A DNA stretch of 64,000 bases from a bacterium (GTDB lineage: Bacteria > Electryoneota > JAOADG01). Each line of letters opens with the position of its first letter. Within the stretch, counting starts at the first letter, position 1. A program made the translations under genes and the position numbers. The notes under the pieces were generated by a model. That model did not search any database. It saw nothing but the letters and a program-made list of their open reading frames with translations, and was not told the DNA's origin. Positions 30,307 through 39,003 of the stretch are shown here, in pieces. The stretch is taken from contig OY820579.1 of the NCBI GenBank assembly GCA_963681965.1, forward strand, positions 576,001-640,000, read 5' to 3'.

Positions 30307-31488
30307 ATGCCGCAAAAGGCGAAAACTCCCGAAAAATCCGCGACAGCAATAGTAAAGAAGCAGTCGCAAACGCCGGACGAAAACCGCGACCTAATCCTCA
30401 AAGTTGGTGACGGCGCATTGCTCCATGTCGCCAAAGGGACAGCAAATGCTGCCGACGAGTTGATCTTACCGGCTCAATTCCGGCTGAAACACGAACAGCG
30501 TCTGGAACTGCTCTACCTGATGAAGCTTACACGCGGTACCGAAAACCGGATCATCAAGCTGTACCGGCAGGGTAAAATTGTCGGTGGTGTTTACACTGGC
30601 GCCGGTCAGGAAGCCACGGCGGTGGGAAGCGCATTTTCGCTGAATCTGGAAGATTATCTGGTGCCGATGCACCGCGATATGGGCTCGCATATTACCCGCG
30701 GACAGTTGCTGCGGAATATTTTCTCGCAGTATCTCGCCCGGGTTACGGCACCGACCCGCGGGAAAGAGGGGAATATGCACATGGGTGATTTCAAGAAACA
30801 GATCACCTGTATGATCAGTCACCTCGGTGCCAATCTCCCGGTTGCCTGCGGAATCGGCTACGCCTATGTGATGCGCGGCGAAAAGAAAGTGGTGCTCACC
30901 TATATCGGCGATGGCGGTGCCTCGATCGGCGATTTCCATGAAGCGCTCAATTTCGCATCCGTCGTCAAATCTCCGATGGTGCTCTGTATCGAAAACAATC
31001 AATTTGCCTATTCGACACCGACCCGCCACCAGTACAACTGCGAGCGGATTGCCGATCGCGCATTGGCGTACGGTATTCCCGGTTATGTTGTCGACGGCAA
31101 CGATGTCGAAGCGGTTTATGCCGTGACGAAATCGTTGGTGGAACGCGCGCGCGAAGGTCACGGTCCAGCTCTGTTCGAAAGTATTTCGATGCGCATGACT
31201 GGTCATAGTGCTCATGACGATGCGTTTTACGTACCGAAGGGGATGTTCGAAGAGTGGGCGAAGAAAGACCCGATTGCCCGGTTCCAGTCGAAACTGATGG
31301 AAGAAGGGGTGCTCAGCGAGCATGAACTCGGTACTATCGATCATCGCGTCGAAGCGGATATCGATGAAGCAGTCGAATGGGCATTGGCGCAACCGGAACC
31401 GGAAGGATACGAAGCGGCGATGGGCGTGTATGCGGATGAAGAACCGCAGCTTTGGGCAGAGTACCGCGAGCAGCCAAAATTGTTTTGA
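30307..31488 (+). CDS. 2-oxoacid dehydrogenase E1 alpha subunit (branched-chain/pyruvate type)
   Basis: GQEA, TPP motif GDGGAS.GDFHEALN..ENNQFAYS, and RMTGHS.HD. Confidence 0.92.
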   Translation: MPQKAKTPEKSATAIVKKQSQTPDENRDLILKVGDGALLHVAKGTANAADELILPAQFRLKHEQRLELLYLMKLTRGTENRIIKLYRQGKIVGGVYTGAGQEATAVGSAFSLNLEDYLVPMHRDMGSHITRGQLLRNIFSQYLARVTAPTRGKEGNMHMGDFKKQITCMISHLGANLPVACGIGYAYVMRGEKKVVLTYIGDGGASIGDFHEALNFASVVKSPMVLCIENNQFAYSTPTRHQYNCERIADRALAYGIPGYVVDGNDVEAVYAVTKSLVERAREGHGPALFESISMRMTGHSAHDDAFYVPKGMFEEWAKKDPIARFQSKLMEEGVLSEHELGTIDHRVEADIDEAVEWALAQPEPEGYEAAMGVYADEEPQLWAEYREQPKLF

Positions 31489-31495
31489 TCTTTTT

Positions 31496-31568
31496 GTAGC
31501 AGCGGGCGTTAGTCCGCGCATTTTAACGAACGAAGTGTAACTGAACGCAGGCTGAAGCCTGCGGCTAC
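31496..31568. repeat. Inverted REP doublet (REPIN-like) inside the operon
   Basis: GTAGCAGCGGGCGTTAGTCCGC..CGCAGGCTGAAGCCTGCGGCTAC. The second unit nearly matches the REP at 2276. Confidence 0.8.
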
Positions 31569-31603
31569 AAAGAAATTCCGAATTACACTACTGGAGGAAC
31601 ACA

Positions 31604-32596
31604 GTGGCGGACAAAGGGCGTGGTGAGGTCGTTACTTATATCGATGCCATCACCATCGGTTTACGGGAAGAAATGGAACGCGATTCGCGGGTCTGGTGTC
31701 TCGGTGAAGATATCGGTGTATACGGCGGAGCGTTTAAAGTTACCAAGGGGTTTGTCGATAAATTCGGCGAGAAACGGGTGCTTGATACCCCGCTTTCGGA
31801 ATCGGCAATTATCGGTGTCGCGATTGGATCGGCACTCAATGGAATGATTCCGGTGGCGGAAATGCAATTTGCCGATTTTATCACTTCCGGTTTCAATCAG
31901 ATTGTCAATCAGGCTGCCAAGATGCATTACCGTTACGGCGCTCCGGTACCGATGGTCGTGCGATGTCCGACGGGTGGCGGGGTGCATGGCGGTCCATTCC
32001 ATAGCCAGAATCCGGAAATGTGGTTTGTGAAGACCCCGGGTTTGAAAGTGGTGGAACCCTCCACACCGTATGATGCATATGGATTGATCAAGGCGGCGAT
32101 TCGCGATCCGAATCCTGTTATTTTCTTCGAACATAAATATTTATACCGACGCATCAAAGAGCGGCTGCCGGACGAAGAGTATGTCGTGGAAATCGGGAAA
32201 GCCGATATTAAACGCGAAGGTTCGGATATTACTGTGGTCACCTATGGCTCGATGGTGCATTTCTCGCTGGAAGCGGCAGAAATTCTATCGAAAGAAGGGG
32301 TGGAAGTCGAAATCGTCGATTTGCGCACGCTATTGCCGATCGATAAAGAAGCGGTTCTGAAGAGTGTTCGGAAAACCGGTAAATTGTGTACGATCCATGA
32401 AGACACGCTGACTGCGGGGATGGGTGGCGAGATTTCCGCCATTGTCGCGGAACACGCCTTCGACAGTCTCGACGCGCCGATCAAACGGATTGCCGCCATC
32501 GACACCCCGGTTCCGTATGCACCGCCGTTAGAGGAGTTCTTTTCGCCGAATACCGATAAGATTCTCAAGGCATTACGCGAGTTGGCAGCCTATTAA
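31604..32596 (+). CDS. 2-oxoacid dehydrogenase E1 beta subunit
   Basis: GEDIG.YGG, DTPLSE, EMQFADF, HSQ and DLRTL.P; GGAGG RBS before a GTG start. Confidence 0.93.
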   Translation: MADKGRGEVVTYIDAITIGLREEMERDSRVWCLGEDIGVYGGAFKVTKGFVDKFGEKRVLDTPLSESAIIGVAIGSALNGMIPVAEMQFADFITSGFNQIVNQAAKMHYRYGAPVPMVVRCPTGGGVHGGPFHSQNPEMWFVKTPGLKVVEPSTPYDAYGLIKAAIRDPNPVIFFEHKYLYRRIKERLPDEEYVVEIGKADIKREGSDITVVTYGSMVHFSLEAAEILSKEGVEVEIVDLRTLLPIDKEAVLKSVRKTGKLCTIHEDTLTAGMGGEISAIVAEHAFDSLDAPIKRIAAIDTPVPYAPPLEEFFSPNTDKILKALRELAAY

Positions 32597-32656
32597 TCGT
32601 AAATCCCCGGGTGCGTTTCAAGTAAATGCACCATTACCAAAAGGTTGGAGTGCACT

Positions 32657-32914
32657 ATGGCACATTTTTCCATCAGTGAATTAACGACGATGCGCGAAAT
32701 CCTCGAGATGGCGATGAAACGCGAACAGGATAGCGTCAACTTCTACACGACGGCGGCAGAACGCGCCCAAAATAACACCGAAAAGAAAATGTTCCTCGAT
32801 TTGGTGGAAGAGGAGCAGGGTCACCGCGATGCACTTGCCCGTCAATTGGAAGAGGTTCTGGCGCAAATGGAGATCGATCGCGCCATCACTGGCGAAGATC
32901 CGATGATTGATTAA
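32657..32914 (+). CDS. Small ferritin/rubrerythrin-like protein (single helix pair)
   Basis: AMKREQDSVNFY..LVEEEQGH iron-ligand pattern. Confidence 0.75.
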   Translation: MAHFSISELTTMREILEMAMKREQDSVNFYTTAAERAQNNTEKKMFLDLVEEEQGHRDALARQLEEVLAQMEIDRAITGEDPMID

Positions 32915-33019
32915 TAAGAAATTACCAGCATTCATTCTGCGGTGAAAATATAATCTGTTGTTTTATCGTATTCGCCGCGAGCACACTCATTTATTACAAA
33001 TTTAAGTGCAGGAAAACAA

Positions 33020-34513
33020 ATGGCTAAAGTCGATATGGTGATGCCGCAATTAGGCGAATCGATTGCCGAAGGCACGATTGTTAATTGGAAAGTGAAAGTT
33101 GGTGACAAGGTCGAGCGCGACGGTACGATTCTGGAAGTCGCGACCGATAAGGCGACCTTGGAAGTTCCTTCCCCGGCTACCGGAATTCTGGCTGAAATTC
33201 TTGTAAATAAAGATCAAACTGTGCCAATTAAAACGGTGATTGCGCGGATCGAGACCGATGTTACCGCTTCGGTAGGGGTGACACCCGAGCCGAAGGTCGA
33301 CCGCCCGAAGGATTTTCCGGAACCAGTTCACACCGAGCAGGTGGATGCGCGCAGTACCTCTCCGCATGACGGTTCGGATCGTGGTGGATTGGAACCGAAG
33401 GTTTTTCAACGAGGTGGAAAGTCGGAACCGGCTCCTGCACCGGTCGCACCGGTGGCAAAAACGGCGGCAGCGCCCGTGGTTTCTGGCGAGAAGCGGTTTT
33501 ATTCGCCGGTGGTCATGAAAATTGCCGCAGATAACATGATAGGAATGGAAGAGTTAGCTCGAATTCCCGGGACTGGTCTTGATGGTCGTGTATCGAAAAA
33601 AGATCTCGAAGCCTATTTATCGCATCGGGTAGTTTCACCTGCCACTTCCGTTTCATTAGTAATGGAGCAAACAGCTCAACCGACTTCGAGTTATGCACCG
33701 CCGCCACCGCCTCCACCAGCACCAATTGCGGGTGTGGATAACTCCGGCTATCTCATGGTACCGAATTATCCACAGTATCAAGCGACTTGGAAAGAGGGCG
33801 ATCGGGTCGAAGTGGTCCCGATGGAATACATCCGGCGTAAGATCGCGGAACATATGGTGTATTCGAAACATACCGCACCACACGTCTATTCCAGTTGCGA
33901 AGTCGATCTGACTCGCATTATGAAGTGGCGTGAAATCAATAAGAAACGAATTCAGGATCGCGAAGGGGTCAACCTGACGCCAACCGTTTTTGTGACATAT
34001 GCGGTGATTCAGGCACTGAAGGAGTTCCCGTGGGTGAATGCGTCGGTGCGTGGTACCGAAGTGATTGTTCGGAAAGATTATCACATCGGGATTGCCACCG
34101 CTACCGAAAAAGATCTTGTCGTTCCGGTTGTCAAACATGCCGACCAGCTTTCGTTGATCGGGATTGCGAAACAGATTTCCGCATTGGCAGCGAAAGCGCG
34201 AAACAAGACGATTACCCCGGATGAATTGCAGGGGGGAACGTTTACGATCACAAATGCCGGTATTTTCGGCAATATCTGGGGTGCACCGATCATTAATCAG
34301 CCGCAAGTCGCGATTCTCAGTACTGGCGCGGTGGTCAAGCGGGCGTGGGTGTTGACCGATGCCGACGGCGAAGATACGATTGCGATCCGCAGTATTATGG
34401 CACTGACGCTCAGTTACGATCATCGTGTGGTCGATGGAATGCTCGGCGGCAAATTCCTCAGCCATATCCGCAAGACCCTTGAGGCGCTGAAACCGGAGGA
34501 ATTAGGTTTGTAA
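33020..34513 (+). CDS. Dihydrolipoamide acyltransferase E2
   Basis: Lipoyl motif EVATDKA, E3-binding GTG.DGRVSKKD and catalytic DHRVVDG. Confidence 0.94.
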   Translation: MAKVDMVMPQLGESIAEGTIVNWKVKVGDKVERDGTILEVATDKATLEVPSPATGILAEILVNKDQTVPIKTVIARIETDVTASVGVTPEPKVDRPKDFPEPVHTEQVDARSTSPHDGSDRGGLEPKVFQRGGKSEPAPAPVAPVAKTAAAPVVSGEKRFYSPVVMKIAADNMIGMEELARIPGTGLDGRVSKKDLEAYLSHRVVSPATSVSLVMEQTAQPTSSYAPPPPPPPAPIAGVDNSGYLMVPNYPQYQATWKEGDRVEVVPMEYIRRKIAEHMVYSKHTAPHVYSSCEVDLTRIMKWREINKKRIQDREGVNLTPTVFVTYAVIQALKEFPWVNASVRGTEVIVRKDYHIGIATATEKDLVVPVVKHADQLSLIGIAKQISALAAKARNKTITPDELQGGTFTITNAGIFGNIWGAPIINQPQVAILSTGAVVKRAWVLTDADGEDTIAIRSIMALTLSYDHRVVDGMLGGKFLSHIRKTLEALKPEELGL

Positions 34514-34537
34514 GAAACGTCAATGTTTCTCGTAAAC

Positions 34538-34569
34538 ACAACCGGGCGTCTGTAGAGGCGCCCGGTTGT
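34538..34569 (+). terminator. Hairpin after the E2 gene
   Basis: ACAACCGGGCG..CGCCCGGTTGT. Confidence 0.7.
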
Positions 34570-34790
34570 ATATTATATAATTAATAACTAATGCTAAGCT
34601 TTAATTTTGTATTAAGTGGTTTAATAACAATTAAGTTAAAAAACTACATCTTATTCTTGCAAAAGATTGTATCATGTGTTATGTTTATTTTTTTTATTCC
34701 AGACGTAGACAAATACTCTTAGAGGAAGTATGTACTATTGCATTGATGATACTATCCGTAGTATTATGAGAAACTATTTCGGTCAGCTCT

Positions 34791-35141
34791 ATGTCAAAGC
34801 GAGTTGATAAGATTCTTGCAAAATGGCGTGTAACTGGACAACCTATCCCGATCAAAGAGGTGTACGCCGTTTTAGAAGAGTATCTTAACAATTATTGGCG
34901 TAAAACGAATGGCACATCTCATCAAATTCAAATTGAACATCCGATTCTGTCTTCGATTCCTTGTGTTAGCAATCCATTAGGGGTAATGACTATCTGTGTA
35001 GATGGAAACAATGTTAAACCTTTGTATTGTAGACGCTTACTTAAAGTAATCGACGCACTTAAGGATAACTCCCATGACAAAGAAAACCTTAAATTATTAC
35101 TTGAATCAGAGATATCCGATTCAATTGATACAACTGACTGA
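34791..35141 (+). CDS. hicA: HicA-like toxin (putative RNase)
   Basis: Basic N-terminus, GTSH motif, VKPLY..LL.VI helix; lies directly upstream of a clear hicB. Confidence 0.65.
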   Translation: MSKRVDKILAKWRVTGQPIPIKEVYAVLEEYLNNYWRKTNGTSHQIQIEHPILSSIPCVSNPLGVMTICVDGNNVKPLYCRRLLKVIDALKDNSHDKENLKLLLESEISDSIDTTD

Positions 35142-35622
35142 TAATGACGGAGGAGGATGGAATGCTTCGATTCCGCAATTGGGATCGTACACATTTCAAG
35201 GCGATGGCGATACTATTGAAACGGCACTGGAGAATTTAGACGCAGCGAAACGTGAATTCTTTCAATTGGCGATTGATCGCGGTATTGAACTTCCTGATCC
35301 AATTAGCGAGAATGAAGAAAATTATAGTGGAAAATTTGTTGTACGTGTTCCTAAAAATCTTCATCGCTCGCTTTCAGAAGCTGCAACTGAAAATGAGTGC
35401 AGTTTGAATCAGTACGTCGTCTCACTACTATCTTCAGGAGTGACATCGAAATATTTCAAAGCTGCTGCTGACAAATGGCAACAAGAAGTATTGCATCAAA
35501 TGCTCCAAGAAATTACTCATGTTAGGAGTTTACTGCCTCATAGGCATGATTTTGATCGAAGTCTTGTAGATTTCCAATCGCACTCTCGAGAAATTAATTA
35601 TCCATATGCAAGGGCGATTTGA
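35074..35622 (+). CDS. hicB: HicB antitoxin with RHH domain and C-terminal extension
   Basis: YPI..GGW.A.IP.L..GDGDT.E.A..L...IELPDP, then YSGKFVVRVPK.LH..L...A.....SLNQYV, then about 60 extra residues. Confidence 0.88.
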   Translation: MTKKTLNYYLNQRYPIQLIQLTDNDGGGWNASIPQLGSYTFQGDGDTIETALENLDAAKREFFQLAIDRGIELPDPISENEENYSGKFVVRVPKNLHRSLSEAATENECSLNQYVVSLLSSGVTSKYFKAAADKWQQEVLHQMLQEITHVRSLLPHRHDFDRSLVDFQSHSREINYPYARAI

Positions 35623-35623
35623 T

Positions 35624-36070
35624 ATGTCAGAACAATCCCAAAACAAGCTTCCTTTCAAGCTTAAACCTGAAGAATATCAAGAACTTCTTAGCGCAACTGA
35701 ATTGGAGAATATCAGTCTTATCAATTGGCATGTCCAGTTATTATGTAAAGAATTTCCTCAATGTGGTCAAGTATTAAAAATTGGTGTTAAATCAGAGAAC
35801 TCAATCATCTCAGATGAAAAGGCAACAATTCATCACACTTATACTTTAGACGTAAAAGGTGAAAAAAATGGCACAAAGACATTAAAAATTACCGCGACTT
35901 ATCTACTCGAGTTTTCTAGTAGTAAACGATTATCGAATGATTTTTTCGAGGTTTATAATAATGTAAGCTTACACACTACAATTTGGCCTTTTTTTAGGGA
36001 ATTGGTCTCCAATAGTACTGCAAGATTAAATATTCCTCCATTAACAATCCCGTTACTAAAATCATTGTGA
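35624..36070 (+). CDS. SecB-like chaperone
   Basis: Beta-strand core and the SecB-type C-terminal signature IWPFFRELVSNSTARLNIPPLTIP; ATG at 35624. Confidence 0.8.
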   Translation: MSEQSQNKLPFKLKPEEYQELLSATELENISLINWHVQLLCKEFPQCGQVLKIGVKSENSIISDEKATIHHTYTLDVKGEKNGTKTLKITATYLLEFSSSKRLSNDFFEVYNNVSLHTTIWPFFRELVSNSTARLNIPPLTIPLLKSL

Positions 36071-36286
36071 TTTATTAAAAAAGGGCCAATCGACTCTTTT
36101 TTCATGATCACTGCAGTTTCAGATTACGGATAGTGTTTCTGTTGATTCACTTATTGACTTGAGTGGAGCAAAAGAGTTCTTAAAATTGACTAAAGTCGTT
36201 GGTATAAAATAAATATACTTGTCTTCCATTAATCCAATTCCCAAAAGATACAATCCAACTAATAATAATATTACTGGGAGTCGCGA

Positions 36287-37279
36287 TTGAAATCGTGGAT
36301 TGTTGTATTCGTTTCATTACTTGTTATCATGCATCTTGGATTTACCGCTGAATTGCACCAACCGGGTTGGCATGAACTGTCGCTGATGGTGGGGAATGTC
36401 GAGCGGTGGTATCGGGTATATGTGCCTGATGACCTGCCGGAACATGCACCGGCAGTGATGCTGCTGCACGGTGGTACACAGAGCATGCGAAAGATTTTCG
36501 AGCGCAAGAACGGCGGTACCCAATATTGGCTCGATCTGGCGAAACGCGAAAAATTCCTGCTGATTGTTCCGAATGGCACCAACCCGAAAACCGGCGATAC
36601 AAAGGATGATAAACAGCGTTGGAACGATCTGCGCAAGCCGATCACCGCGACACTCGGAAAAATGGATGATGTGGGATTCATCCAGACGCTCCTTGATTGG
36701 TCAATCCGAACCTACGCACTCGATTCCACGCGAATATATCTGACCGGCGCATCCAATGGCGGAATGATGTCCTATCGATTGCTGCTGGAATTACCGGGTC
36801 GGTTTGCTGCGGCGGCTGTGTTTATCTCCTCTATCCCGAACGATCCGAACGTATTACAGCGACACGATGTTCGACCCATCCCGCTATTGATCGCGAATGG
36901 TACGAAAGACCGCTTCTTCCACTGGAATGGTGGGTATCAAAAGCAGGTCGGTGATGTGATCGGCGCGAATCAGTTAGTGTCTTGGTGGAATCGAACCAAT
37001 CAAACCGATTCAACTAAAGCGGTGAGCGATACTCTGCCCGATCGCGATTCCAAAGACGGTTGCCGGATATATCGAACCTACTACCCGCCGCAGAAAAATG
37101 GTGCTCCACTCGTGTTTTACCAGATCGATGGTGGTGGACACAATTTGCCGTCAATCGCTTACACGATCCCGCAGAATTTTATGGTGAAATGGATCTTCGG
37201 AACGAATTGCCGTGATGCCGAAGGAGCAGAGCTGGCGTGGGAATTCATGAAAAAGTTCCGTAGCGGAGATAATCGCTAG
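36287..37279 (+). CDS. Secreted alpha/beta-hydrolase (PHB depolymerase/LpqC-like esterase)
   Basis: LHGG, DDVGFI, GASNGG, NGTKD and GGGH catalytic-triad motifs. Confidence 0.88.
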   Translation: MKSWIVVFVSLLVIMHLGFTAELHQPGWHELSLMVGNVERWYRVYVPDDLPEHAPAVMLLHGGTQSMRKIFERKNGGTQYWLDLAKREKFLLIVPNGTNPKTGDTKDDKQRWNDLRKPITATLGKMDDVGFIQTLLDWSIRTYALDSTRIYLTGASNGGMMSYRLLLELPGRFAAAAVFISSIPNDPNVLQRHDVRPIPLLIANGTKDRFFHWNGGYQKQVGDVIGANQLVSWWNRTNQTDSTKAVSDTLPDRDSKDGCRIYRTYYPPQKNGAPLVFYQIDGGGHNLPSIAYTIPQNFMVKWIFGTNCRDAEGAELAWEFMKKFRSGDNR

Positions 37280-37489
37280 GAATCGATCTTGATTCTAGAA
37301 ACCTACCGATTCGCATTATCGATCTAGTTCATACTGTCAATTAATATTCGCGAATTGGTAATGCTTGTATATTTTGATCGCATCAAGATTTTTTCTGCTT
37401 GGGAAATTTCCATTGCAGAAATTCGATAATTGCTAAATACACAACAACAATCACTAATAGTGGTAAAGAAACAAGCCTACGATCCTTTA

Positions 37490-38579
37490 TACCGTTTCTC
37501 ATAAATAGTGTCGCATTGTTTCTTATCTTTATTTCATGCGACCTTTATCTCCTAATCCTGCGAATGGTACTTTGGACGAGATCGAAGAAGCCCTTCGTTG
37601 TTCGGTTGACCATGACGAGCACTGTCGCTTTCAAGGGATTAAAATGCTCTTGTTAGGGTTACCGGACAATCAAGTTTGTCAAGTGTTGTCGGTTGTACCG
37701 CGATCTTTACAGCGGTGGGTTCAGCATTGGAACGCCGGTGGCATTGACCGTTTGAAACGGATACCGCGACCGGGACGACCGCGCAAAGCTAACAAAGAAC
37801 AACGGTTTCTGGTTGTCGATTGGCTTACCCATCCCGAGCAGCACGGACAGACACACTGGACACTACGCAAGTTGCATGGCGTATTGCGTAGCGAACTACG
37901 CATCGAATTGGGCTATTCCACGCTCGCCCGTCTTGTTCGCGATGAACGATTTGCCTTGAATATGCCGCGATCCTGGCCGGCAAAACAGGATGCCGAGGCC
38001 CGGTTGGCTTTCACAGAACTGCTGTCGTCGCTGCTTGCCAGCGATCCCAATCGGATTTGGTTCTACGACGAAAGCGGCATTACCGGCGATCCACGCCCGC
38101 GCCGACGCTGGATGCGGAAAGGAGAACGACAAACGGTTCCCTTTACCGGCACCCATTTGCGGGAAAACATTTTGGGCGCGGTACAACCCTTATCCGGTCG
38201 GTTGTTTTCGCTGCAAATGCCGGAAGTGGATCGGGAACTGTTCCAGATTTTCCTTGACCACTTCGCCGAATATACCAAGGGCGAAAGGGTAACAATGGTG
38301 CTGGACAATGCCAGTTGGCACAAGGTTAAATCGTTAAACTGGCATCATATTCAACCAATATTCTTGCCACCCTATTCACCCGATCTCAACCCGATAGAAC
38401 GATTGTGGTTGTATATCAAAGAGCATTACTTCAACCATTGGTACAGCAAGTCCAGAGAAGAACTAAGAGATCGGGTAACATGGGCAATACAACAGCTACT
38501 CAATCAACCAGAAATTGTAAAATCTGTAACACGAGTGTGAGAGTAAATCACAATGCGACACGATTTTCAAGAAATGGTA
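37490..38579 (+). mobile_element. IS630-family insertion sequence (1090 bp)
   Basis: Terminal inverted repeats TACCGTTTCTCATAAATAGTGTCGCATTGT and TACCATTTCTTGAAAATCGTGTCGCATTGT (reverse complement); TA duplication at 37488-89 and 38580-81. Confidence 0.93.
37536..38540 (+). CDS. IS630 family DDE transposase
   Basis: HTH region, PGRP, WFYDESG, VLDNASWH and PPYSPDLNPIERLW. Confidence 0.95.
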   Translation: MRPLSPNPANGTLDEIEEALRCSVDHDEHCRFQGIKMLLLGLPDNQVCQVLSVVPRSLQRWVQHWNAGGIDRLKRIPRPGRPRKANKEQRFLVVDWLTHPEQHGQTHWTLRKLHGVLRSELRIELGYSTLARLVRDERFALNMPRSWPAKQDAEARLAFTELLSSLLASDPNRIWFYDESGITGDPRPRRRWMRKGERQTVPFTGTHLRENILGAVQPLSGRLFSLQMPEVDRELFQIFLDHFAEYTKGERVTMVLDNASWHKVKSLNWHHIQPIFLPPYSPDLNPIERLWLYIKEHYFNHWYSKSREELRDRVTWAIQQLLNQPEIVKSVTRV

Positions 38580-38939
38580 TAACAAACTGTCCGGAAGCGC
38601 ATAGCGGACAAACGAAAAAACGAGCATGGAAATTAGGATAAATCCGAAAACGATCTGCGCCGCAACAGCCTGCTGAACTTTCGGATTGGTAATCGCAGGC
38701 AGTTCATTCGACCATTGTCTAATGATTATCCAGAAAATTCCGGCATAGGCGATTATCATCGCCATACCCAATAGAATCCAGCGCGACATACACACTCCGT
38801 AAACTCCAAACCGGAAACGATTCAATCTTTTTATCCAAGCGACCGATCGAACGATGGTTGTAGTATACATTAAATATCGATATTCAAATTAATTTAATGT
38901 TCTTCGTAATTTATTTCAAATAATTATTCTGGATTTTAG

Positions 38940-38974
38940 AAAAAAAAAGACGCAAGAAGTGTATCCTTGCGTCT
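38940..38974 (-). terminator. valS terminator
   Basis: AGACGCAAG..CTTGCGTCT hairpin with a T tract on the minus strand. Confidence 0.8.
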
Positions 38975-39003
38975 GCTTCTATCGACTTTATTGAATGTCG
39001 TGC

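Larger units (their letters stand above)
37383..38789 (-). pseudogene. Small 3-TM membrane protein gene interrupted by IS630
   Basis: Removing the IS and one TA joins MSRWILL..ALPDSLL (ATG 38789, GGAG RBS) in frame to KDRRLVSLPLLVIVVVYLAIIEFLQWKFPKQKKS*. Confidence 0.85.

Noticed and set aside
30466-31521. Long antisense ORFs (also 33656-34465, 39325-40332, 40429-41253, 59653-60495)
   Set aside because: They are shadows of well-supported genes on the opposite strand and have no motifs of their own.
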